Origin: a virus
Lineage: Duplodnaviria; Caudoviricetes
Length of the DNA: 60,514 nt
Direction: 5' to 3' (one strand)
IMG/VR virus record: IMGVR_UViG_3300031951_000164
Span: 1-60,514 of that record
Shown: positions 16,582 to 24,588 of the stretch, piece by piece
How the letters are laid out: each line of letters opens with the position of its first letter
Numbering within the stretch: the first letter of the stretch is position 1
The notes under the pieces: generated by a model
Database searches by the model: none
What the model was told of the DNA's origin: nothing
Seen by the model: the letters and a program-made list of their open reading frames with translations, nothing else
Made by a program: the position numbers and the translations under genes

Positions 16582-18770
16582 ATTCCCCTCACTCCGCCTC
16601 TATTGGCGTCTAAACTAATTACAGGATCAATTTCTATTTTAGCAGCACGGCTACCAGTTGCAGTTTTCCCGTTGGCTTGATTTGTTCCCTGCTTGTCGAC
16701 TGCTTTGCGAATCACTTCACGAATAATATTTCTTGTTTCGCTGACAGTCTTGGCTTTGGTATCAGGATTCATTTTGCTAACGAGCTTCTCAACGCCAGCT
16801 TTCGGTTGCTGTATGGGAGCAGCTTCCGAGAGGTTTCTATACTTCCACTTGCCGTCTTCATGATCGGCAATCGCAAGCGTCTTGCCTGTCTCATGGTGAA
16901 TCATATGAAGGGAAACTTTCTTGCCCGTCTTCTTGGCTATGTTCGCCGCATGTCTGCCCGCATCTTGCGCACCCTTCTCGCCCGCGCCCATACGATCACC
17001 AGCCTTGTAGTGCCGCCCATCTACATGGATCTGAGTGTGATAGCCTTGATAATCACGGCTCTTGCTTCTCTCTTCATGTTCTTTGGCTCTTGACATAGCC
17101 ACATGATGAGGAACACCCTGCGCTCTCAGGTCTTTGTATACATCCTCACCAGTTGCTTCTTCCAACTTCGCCTTCGACTTCTTCTTGGTCACAAGCAATC
17201 CAGCTTTGTTGCGTTTTGCATTTCCACCAGCCTTCTTTATTCTTGCGATAAGCTGTTTGGTTGCATCCCTACCAACAGATTCTTTAACTGGATGCACTCT
17301 CTTCGCAATCACTCTAGCGATTTGTCTGTCCTTTTCTTTTTCATCATCAGAGAGACCGCCATACGCACCAGTCAACTTAGAGCGTCTTTCTTTTTGCTCT
17401 GGGCTTTGGTTTGTGCTGGTTAAAGCGTGGTGAGACCAACCGCGAGACTTCCCACCATAATCAGCCGGAGATCCATGAATGGCTTTTGATATGGTTTCGA
17501 TGTGCTCAGGATCGTGTGGGTTTCCGCCAGCCTTTTTGATTGCTCTGGCAGCACGCAATCCAGCAACTGCGGAAGAGCGAGTTGCACCAGCACCAAAATT
17601 AGTCTTTGGATCTACAGAAGGATCATGTGGACCATATGATGGATTTGCTGCATGACTTGCTGCAGTTATTTTATATGCGAGACCTTTGGGATTTGAAGAT
17701 TTCATTTCATCCATCTGGTCGGATTCTTCATTCACAGAATGAATGAACGACAGGTCTTTATGAACTTTATATCCAGCGTTTCTATAATGCTTCTCTGCCG
17801 TCTCTATAGCCTTTTGTTGACTTGATGCGTTTACGTTGACTCTTACGTCTTTCTTATCACCACTCGCTACATCACGATGAGATATTGTCAAGCCAACCTT
17901 ATATCTTTTTCTACCGACAGCTTCTTCCTTCATCGTATCGCAATCGCACTGACCAGGAGTGTCTTTCTTGTACCTCTTGGTCAGCTTCGTGGTTCCCCAC
18001 TCTCTGTCCTTTGGTTCATTGCTTTCTTCTTTTACATGAATCATTCTTTTCTTCTTCCCCTTGGTGTGGTCAATTATGGAGAGATGTTTTCCAGACTTCA
18101 CCTCTCCGCTTGAAACTTCCCAATGACCATCCTTGATTTTTTGCATAACATGTTTCATGGAATGAGCTGGAAGACCGTAGTTCTCTTTTTCTTCCTTAAT
18201 TTCTTTAGCACTCCAATTGGTACTTCCAAGACCGCTTGAATTCATAAGTTCAGCTGCATGTTGAGAACTTTTAGCTTTTTTGATAATATTTGCAACAAGC
18301 CTTTCTCTTTCGGAATTGCTTCCGTTGTGCTTATATGCATGTTGCGCGGGGCTTATATTGACCCCAGCATGACTGGCAAAAACATGACCTTTGGGGGTTC
18401 GGTATATATGATGAACATTTCCTAAAGAGTCTTTTAATGTTATATGAAGTTTCTCAACTTCTTCCTTAACGTATGCGTGTACGGATATTTTGTCGGCGTC
18501 ATATCCCTTACTCTTAAGGCGTCTTCGATGTTCCCCTGCATGAGCAATTGCTTCTTCATATGAATCGTGTTTGGAAACATCACGCCCGTTGTTCAGAACT
18601 CGGTAATGTGAGACATCGTGTTTGGTTCTATGGGAAAGCGGAATTTCTCTTTCCTCATTGGCAGGAACACAATTCGGAACCTTTCTTCCATTCTTCATCT
18701 TCATGCCGACAGCTGTATAGCCTTTCCAGCATGCTTTCTTCAGACCACCAGTGGGTTCTTTGACTGCCAT
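16578..18770 (-). CDS. His/Lys-rich modular putative internal head polyprotein
   Basis: CWKGY..VPNCVP and REWGT..TPGQ motifs, RyR-like YGGLSDDEKEKDR, modules separated by xxEE linkers. Confidence 0.65.
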   Translation of the reverse strand: MAVKEPTGGLKKACWKGYTAVGMKMKNGRKVPNCVPANEEREIPLSHRTKHDVSHYRVLNNGRDVSKHDSYEEAIAHAGEHRRRLKSKGYDADKISVHAYVKEEVEKLHITLKDSLGNVHHIYRTPKGHVFASHAGVNISPAQHAYKHNGSNSERERLVANIIKKAKSSQHAAELMNSSGLGSTNWSAKEIKEEKENYGLPAHSMKHVMQKIKDGHWEVSSGEVKSGKHLSIIDHTKGKKKRMIHVKEESNEPKDREWGTTKLTKRYKKDTPGQCDCDTMKEEAVGRKRYKVGLTISHRDVASGDKKDVRVNVNASSQQKAIETAEKHYRNAGYKVHKDLSFIHSVNEESDQMDEMKSSNPKGLAYKITAASHAANPSYGPHDPSVDPKTNFGAGATRSSAVAGLRAARAIKKAGGNPHDPEHIETISKAIHGSPADYGGKSRGWSHHALTSTNQSPEQKERRSKLTGAYGGLSDDEKEKDRQIARVIAKRVHPVKESVGRDATKQLIARIKKAGGNAKRNKAGLLVTKKKSKAKLEEATGEDVYKDLRAQGVPHHVAMSRAKEHEERSKSRDYQGYHTQIHVDGRHYKAGDRMGAGEKGAQDAGRHAANIAKKTGKKVSLHMIHHETGKTLAIADHEDGKWKYRNLSEAAPIQQPKAGVEKLVSKMNPDTKAKTVSETRNIIREVIRKAVDKQGTNQANGKTATGSRAAKIEIDPVISLDANRGGVRGI

Positions 18771-18771
18771 C

Positions 18772-21024
18772 TTATGCTCCTTTTGACACCGACTTGATCA
18801 TCCAGCCCAGTTTCTTGTGAGCATCGATCTTGTCTTGGAGGAAGTTTGAGAGACCAATCTCACCAGCAGCCTCTGCTACTTTGTAGCCATTCGTCAGACC
18901 AGCAAGAATCTTGCTATTGTCAGCAAGCAGAGAACCGAACATCTCGGCTGGAGTTTGTACTGACGAATCGTCAATAGAAGTAGATCCCTTGAGTTCGGTC
19001 AGCGAACGCGGAGCATACTCGCCCAGAGCACGAATCTCTTCGGCGATTGGATCAATCGTATCGAACAGCTGCTCATAGACATCGCCAAAAAACTTGTGAT
19101 ACTCAGGGAAGTTGGCTCCTTCGACATTCCAGTGGAACGTGTGCGCCTTGAAGTACATATGGAACGCATCAGCAAGGATAGCCTTCATCGCAGCAGAAAG
19201 AGCTGGTGTTGCTTCTTCTGCCAGATAGCTTTCTTTCATCATCTTCGACTTCTTACGAAGAAGTTTGAAGTCATGAGCATCAATCTTGCCATTCTCGTTG
19301 GCATCAATTCTACGCTGCCTGCCGAGCAGACGCTCGGCGATATGGCTGGTTTCTTCTTCCATCTTATCAGACTTAGAGGGTATGCTTACGCCAGCCCATT
19401 TAGCTTGTCTAGCTCTTCTCTGTTCAATTCTTTCTTGGGCATCTTTAAATGCTTTGGCTAGTTTTGGGTCAGCACGAAGCATCCAGCCTGGTTTGTGGTT
19501 CCCTTTGCCCATATATGGGGCTTCGTCAATCTGCTCGACTTCTTCATTTGTTTTCTTTTTGCCAATCCTACTAGCACGCTCGGCTCTGAGCATTGCAAGC
19601 TGATCGTGCGTTACTCTATGAGGCATATTTGGGTTTTTCTGTTTAAATTCTTCCCAACCAGCTATCCTCTTTTCAATTTCAGCATTTGTCATAGATGCAA
19701 TATGTTTTGCAGCATCGTATTTTTTGCCGTAGTTGCCACCTTCATCAATCTGCTCGACTTCTTCTTTCTTTAACTTTTTATCCCAAGCCTTATCCGTCTT
19801 GATATTATATTCTTTTCCACCAGGACCAATATCTGCAATTTTATAACCTATAGGCTCATTTGTTTTGACTACAACTTTTTTCTTAGCTTCTTCTGGAAGG
19901 TTCGGTTTGGGTTGCTTATTCGCTAAGTTGCCCCGTATTCTTCCCTTCAGAGAAGTATTGGACGCTTTCGTTGTCTTGCCAGTCTTAGCAACAACCTGAG
20001 CTTTTTTTCTATTTTCTAATGAAGAATGATTGTATTCGCCGCCTGTGTCACCACGCTTATCAGACGTTGCTCTCATTCCACCAGTTGATCTAGGGCTACG
20101 GTCCCAGTCGTGGTCGGGGTCAGGTTTGGCAGCACTTGAACTTCTCCACTTGGCTTTCTCTGCAATCTGCTCGGCTTCTTCTGGAAGATGCGAACCATAT
20201 CCTCTGGAGTTCTTCAGATCTGCTATTCTAGCTCTTGCATCAGCTTTTCTGTCTCCAGTCTGCTTCGGACCAGTGTCTGCTTTTTGAATCTTTCTTCCAG
20301 CAGCAACGCGATCTGCTACTGCACGCTGAGAAAGTGGAGCGGCTCCTGGCTTATGTCCACCGCCAGCTTTAAATTGTAGTGACTTTGCTTTCATTCTGTT
20401 TACCATACCAACCATGCCACGCTCATCAATCTGCTGAAATTCTTCGTACATATATCTGTCTAATATATCCAAAGCATGTTTTGGAATCTTTTGTCCTTTA
20501 TGAGAATTTTTACCTTCGTCCGCACTAGCTCCAGCGGCACGGAGATCCATTCCCTTTTGCTTTGCCTGCTTAAGAGCCTCTTCTGCTTTGTCTGCGTGAT
20601 GCTTCGGTACCTCGATTTCACCAGCCTCCTCTCTCGACCCGCCATAATTTGCTTCGACGGTGCCATGCATGAATTCATGAAGATGCGGACGGGCATTTAT
20701 TTTCACATGCTCTTCTTGGGCTTCAAAAATATTGCGCCCTTCGTCAAGTTTTTCCCACTTGTCTGTATATACATGTTTTTCACCAGTCGCATTATGAGTG
20801 AGAACAGCCTCATGTCCTTCTGGGAATTTACCTGAATCCTCTAATTTGTTTATATGGGCAGCAGCTTCGGCTTTTGATGCAAAACTTCCTAGCTTTTTCT
20901 TTCTGTCGTCCTTCTCGGGATGAACTGCATGAAGAGTGTAGCTTTCGCTCAATGTTTGCTCCATCACCTTTCTCGCGGCTTCAGCAACTGCCTTGTTGAT
21001 TTTGTCGTTGAATGGATTGTTCAT
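18772..21024 (-). CDS. modular putative internal head polyprotein with EF-hand and C-terminal Dps ferritin domain
   Basis: KAHTFHWNVEG..YHKFF..DPIAEEIR..HKKLGWM Dps motifs in 18772-19212; DANENGKIDAHDF EF-hand; EEVEQIDE linkers. Confidence 0.8.
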   Translation of the reverse strand: MNNPFNDKINKAVAEAARKVMEQTLSESYTLHAVHPEKDDRKKKLGSFASKAEAAAHINKLEDSGKFPEGHEAVLTHNATGEKHVYTDKWEKLDEGRNIFEAQEEHVKINARPHLHEFMHGTVEANYGGSREEAGEIEVPKHHADKAEEALKQAKQKGMDLRAAGASADEGKNSHKGQKIPKHALDILDRYMYEEFQQIDERGMVGMVNRMKAKSLQFKAGGGHKPGAAPLSQRAVADRVAAGRKIQKADTGPKQTGDRKADARARIADLKNSRGYGSHLPEEAEQIAEKAKWRSSSAAKPDPDHDWDRSPRSTGGMRATSDKRGDTGGEYNHSSLENRKKAQVVAKTGKTTKASNTSLKGRIRGNLANKQPKPNLPEEAKKKVVVKTNEPIGYKIADIGPGGKEYNIKTDKAWDKKLKKEEVEQIDEGGNYGKKYDAAKHIASMTNAEIEKRIAGWEEFKQKNPNMPHRVTHDQLAMLRAERASRIGKKKTNEEVEQIDEAPYMGKGNHKPGWMLRADPKLAKAFKDAQERIEQRRARQAKWAGVSIPSKSDKMEEETSHIAERLLGRQRRIDANENGKIDAHDFKLLRKKSKMMKESYLAEEATPALSAAMKAILADAFHMYFKAHTFHWNVEGANFPEYHKFFGDVYEQLFDTIDPIAEEIRALGEYAPRSLTELKGSTSIDDSSVQTPAEMFGSLLADNSKILAGLTNGYKVAEAAGEIGLSNFLQDKIDAHKKLGWMIKSVSKGA
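19522..20445 (-). repeat. four dispersed 24 bp linker repeats encoding EE(V/A/F)(E/Q)QI(D/A)E
   Basis: copies at 19522-19545, 19741-19764, 20158-20181, 20422-20445; consensus GAAGAAGTCGAGCAGATTGAYGAA. Confidence 0.85.
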
Positions 21025-22058
21025 TTAGATGTCTCCGTTATTTTTCTGAAGTTAGAGAAAGATTTCTTTTCGGCAACTGAGTATGCGGTGAGTCCAATCC
21101 CACCAGAAGGAACAGCACCTATTCTGGAGTCAAAGTATTTACCAGGATTCACGGCTGGCTTTTTGTGGACTTTTTTGCCCTTGCTTGTGTCTGCCTCGGC
21201 TTCTTTGGCTTCGGCGGCGACGACTCGCTCGGCTCTGTTGTCGGAAGACTTGGGGATTCCTCCTTCTCTCGGGTCGTTTTGGATCGCTCCTTTCTTAATG
21301 GCTCCTCTAGCGGCTCTGCCCAAAACAGCTTTTTCAGTAACTGTAGAATCTTCATTGCTTTCTCCGATGATTTCCTCAAAGAGTTGATTGATGTTTGTTG
21401 TGTCTATTTTGCCGCTCTCGACCAGCCATTTGATTGATGATGGATTGGTTGGAGCTGATGAGATGAAATTGGAAACTCCCTCAAAGAGTTCCTCAGTCCA
21501 GCCGATGATTTCCTTTCTGACCTTTTCATTCGCACGCTTGAAGTCGCGTGAGTTATCGAACAGGAAAAAGCTAGAGAAATCCTCAGAGAACGTTTTCATG
21601 TTCTTGATTGCTGAATTATACTTCATCAGTCTGGTTTGCTCAGAGAAGGTTTTGGCTCCGCTAGAAATGCGTACATCATTCCTTCTCTTTGACTCAGAGT
21701 TTTCCGTATAGACGAACACCATGGAAGTATCATATCCCATGTGCTCAAGAACTGTACGGCAAACGTTGATTTTGTTGTAGTCGTCTGCATTGCCATTGAT
21801 GAAGATGGAACGAAATGTGTCCAGTTCTCTCAATGAAGATTTTTCGACGATTGTCTTGTGTAATTTGTCGAGGCTAATCTCAGCCATTCCTGACTCTTGT
21901 AGCCCCGACTTGATAAGAATGTCTTTTCCACTGCCAGGTCCTCCCACAAGAAAGAGAGCCTTGAAGTGTTTCTGCGTGGACTCTAAAGACAATGCGCTTT
22001 TTGGCGCATGATTGATTTGTTTGAGCTGTCGTTCTTTTGTTTTCATATATTCCCACAC
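21021..22058 (-). CDS. P-loop kinase (zeta-toxin/AAA_33-like) with basic C-terminal tail
   Basis: ALFLVGGPGSGKD Walker A, MVFVYT..SKRRNDVR lid. Confidence 0.7.
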   Translation of the reverse strand: MWEYMKTKERQLKQINHAPKSALSLESTQKHFKALFLVGGPGSGKDILIKSGLQESGMAEISLDKLHKTIVEKSSLRELDTFRSIFINGNADDYNKINVCRTVLEHMGYDTSMVFVYTENSESKRRNDVRISSGAKTFSEQTRLMKYNSAIKNMKTFSEDFSSFFLFDNSRDFKRANEKVRKEIIGWTEELFEGVSNFISSAPTNPSSIKWLVESGKIDTTNINQLFEEIIGESNEDSTVTEKAVLGRAARGAIKKGAIQNDPREGGIPKSSDNRAERVVAAEAKEAEADTSKGKKVHKKPAVNPGKYFDSRIGAVPSGGIGLTAYSVAEKKSFSNFRKITETSK

Positions 22059-22076
22059 TTTGGGGTTATTTTGGAG

Positions 22077-22084
22077 TATTTATA
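22077..22084 (-). promoter_or_regulatory. T4-type late promoter
   Basis: perfect TATAAATA 19 bp upstream of 22058. Confidence 0.75.
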
Positions 22085-23575
22085 TTATTTTCGTTTTATC
22101 ACTATTTCCCCGGAAGCCAATCCACGCTTAAATTTATTCATATGCTCTAGGGCTTCCCCACGAGTAAAGTTCGGTCCAAGGTGTCTATGAAACTCTTCAA
22201 TGTTACTATCACGAGCCGCAGTTCTCATTGCAGTTCCTGAGAATCCATGCGATCTATTTTCGTCTGTCGGATAATGAACGTGAATCTCGTGGAATTTCTC
22301 CCCGTTCATTTCTTTTATCTTTCCAGATTCTAGAGATGACTTCAGACGTTCGGCGAAATCTTTTCTGTCGTGACCGAAATGCAAATGTAGAATTCTTCGA
22401 CCTGTTTTTGGCATGCTGTGAAATGCATGAGCGACTACTTCTCCAGCTGAAGGGGAAACGCGAAATTTGGCTTTTCCACCCCACTGCCGTTCTCCAATTT
22501 TCTCTCTTTGGGAATCTGAGTATAGGTCTGTTTTCCCAGAAAGACCAACTACGATCTTTCCTTTTTTAGACCTTGACATAGAACCACCAATATCTTCATA
22601 ATGTCCTTGGTGAGTTATCGGAGAAGCGCCCATATATGTTACATGAACGTGATGTTCCTTTTCTGTTGCACTCTCGGATACTGTATCTTTTACTCCCAAC
22701 GTAGTTCTAAGATGCTCCAGAGCAGCAGTATGATCCATCTTTTTATTGCCAGCAACCGCTGCCTTGAATCTATCATATACTTCTTGATGGCGTTCTTTCA
22801 ATATATGACGTTTAATAAGATCTGATACTCCATGGAAAGAATGAATTTTATTTTCGTCGGCTTCACTACCAAAGATCCTGTGTGTAACTTCTGATGGTTC
22901 CTTGGAAGATTTTTCAGAGGGATCAGTTCTTGATGTTGCTCCATTTGCTATTGAGAATTTGTACCTATCCAGTCCAGCAGTATTTAAAAGAATTTTATGG
23001 TGCGCGCCTTTAATTCCTTTTTTAGTGTCTTCCCAATCTGAACTTTTTACGAATTTTTCTGCTTCGGTCGGCTCATCATTCTCGTACTTAGAGGCAACAA
23101 AATCCATTTGGTGAATATGTCCAGTTTCATTATGTCGCATAAGAAGAGTAGATTCGGTTCCATGTCTCTTTTTACCAACAACAGTAAACTTGCCGAATTT
23201 GCTTCCCTCCCTTGCATGATCATAGAGAGCATCTTTATGTTCTGCAGGAATCAGCATGTCAAAATCACCAACTTCCTTTTTATGGTGTTGGAATTCTTGA
23301 TGACTCAATGAACTGTCCATGAAATGTCTAGTCGAGCCAACATAGGTGGACTTGTTGTTTATTGCTTTGCCATGGATGCCAAACAGATGTCCGCCAGTTG
23401 CTTGGCGAAACGAATGATGAAGCTGGTGAAGAGCTTCAGGAAGATCTCTTTGAAGGGATTCTCTAATCTTCGGCGTTACCTTAAAAGGAGCTGGAGAGAC
23501 TTGTTCTCCTGATTCCGTTTTGGCTTTTACGTTTCCGCCTTCTCGTAAGAAAAACTTAAATGCCTTAAATGACAC
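22085..23575 (-). CDS. fusion of Pol-beta-like nucleotidyltransferase and HIGH-type cytidylyltransferase-like domain
   Basis: YVGST..GDFD..QMDF; PITHQGH, GHDR, SGTAMRTAA; probable GTG start at 23575 with GAGG SD (MSFKAFKFFLREGG). Confidence 0.65.
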   Translation of the reverse strand: MSFKAFKFFLREGGNVKAKTESGEQVSPAPFKVTPKIRESLQRDLPEALHQLHHSFRQATGGHLFGIHGKAINNKSTYVGSTRHFMDSSLSHQEFQHHKKEVGDFDMLIPAEHKDALYDHAREGSKFGKFTVVGKKRHGTESTLLMRHNETGHIHQMDFVASKYENDEPTEAEKFVKSSDWEDTKKGIKGAHHKILLNTAGLDRYKFSIANGATSRTDPSEKSSKEPSEVTHRIFGSEADENKIHSFHGVSDLIKRHILKERHQEVYDRFKAAVAGNKKMDHTAALEHLRTTLGVKDTVSESATEKEHHVHVTYMGASPITHQGHYEDIGGSMSRSKKGKIVVGLSGKTDLYSDSQREKIGERQWGGKAKFRVSPSAGEVVAHAFHSMPKTGRRILHLHFGHDRKDFAERLKSSLESGKIKEMNGEKFHEIHVHYPTDENRSHGFSGTAMRTAARDSNIEEFHRHLGPNFTRGEALEHMNKFKRGLASGEIVIKRK

Positions 23576-23576
23576 G

Positions 23577-24548
23577 TTACCCTCTCCCATTCTGGGGGAC
23601 GTTTCTACTTTTAAACGCTTCTTTATTGGATGGATCAGCCTTATATGCTCTGAAGGTATCGGAAGTAACCTTAAATCTGGGAGCATTTGGGTTTCTGTTG
23701 GATGGATGGACTACAATCCCCTCGGAACCAGATCCCCATTTTGGTGTCAAATTCATTCTTTTAACGTGAGTATCAACTTTATCAGAAACAGATTTCTTTA
23801 TTTTGTTGAACTTTTCTATTTCAGCCATCTTGGCTTCTTTGTTTTTGTTTGTCGTTCTGCTACCAAGAAGTTCGTGGTCCAAACGATGGAATTGTTCTCT
23901 TTCGTCTGAGACGTCTACATGCATGTGTTTATGTGGAATCTTGTCATCATCAAAGTTAATTTCGTCATTGGAGGCGAATTTCTTTAAATCCTCAACATTG
24001 TGATCTCTGTTTTCTGGTAGCTTTGTATGAACAACATATTTTCCTACTGATCCCATATGAGAAGGATCATAAGAAGTTCCCACGAATTTAATCTCGTTGG
24101 CTCTTTCTTCGGATTGCCTGCCGAAAGGGCGATAGAACATTTCTCCTCTGAGTTTTACTTCTTGTCCGGTTCTATTGTGGTGGTGTTGAAGGTAATGTTG
24201 AAGACCTTCGTTTTTAGCTAGGGTATCATGAACGTGCCCAAACGCCATGGCAGAAGTTAGATCCACTGGCTTATTGGTCTCATTGGCTCTTCGAATGGCT
24301 CTATTGTGAAAATCTTGTGAGCTTCTCATTTTTTCGGAGCCAGAACCAGAGCTTTGAGTATAAAACCCGTGCTCATCCCAACCCATCATATGGGTCATTC
24401 CATCGGTCTTTTCAGTTATATCGTGGAGATGAACTTTCCCATCACCAGTAAGAGCGCCAAATTGATTATGGTCCATTGTTGTGATATGAGGAAGACCCTG
24501 CCTAATTCCAGCCTCAGAAAGGATTCTTTTAATTTTATCGAGTCTCAC
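23577..24548 (-). CDS. ATP-dependent ligase/capping-superfamily nucleotidyltransferase (RNA-ligase-like)
   Basis: motif I TEKTDG, III RGEMF, IV SEGIVV, V RFKV. Confidence 0.6.
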   Translation of the reverse strand: MRLDKIKRILSEAGIRQGLPHITTMDHNQFGALTGDGKVHLHDITEKTDGMTHMMGWDEHGFYTQSSGSGSEKMRSSQDFHNRAIRRANETNKPVDLTSAMAFGHVHDTLAKNEGLQHYLQHHHNRTGQEVKLRGEMFYRPFGRQSEERANEIKFVGTSYDPSHMGSVGKYVVHTKLPENRDHNVEDLKKFASNDEINFDDDKIPHKHMHVDVSDEREQFHRLDHELLGSRTTNKNKEAKMAEIEKFNKIKKSVSDKVDTHVKRMNLTPKWGSGSEGIVVHPSNRNPNAPRFKVTSDTFRAYKADPSNKEAFKSRNVPQNGRG

Positions 24549-24581
24549 AAGAATCAGCCTCCAAACGATATGATATTCTCT

Positions 24582-24588
24582 TATTTAG
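24582..24588 (-). promoter_or_regulatory. T4-type late promoter variant
   Basis: CTAAATA overlapping the gp41 stop, upstream of the cargo operon. Confidence 0.55.

Noticed and set aside
19522-20445. Linker repeats as a CRISPR array, inteins or DGR repeats
   Set aside because: In-frame coding repeats with 200-400 bp variable spacing; no intein splice motifs and no reverse transcriptase
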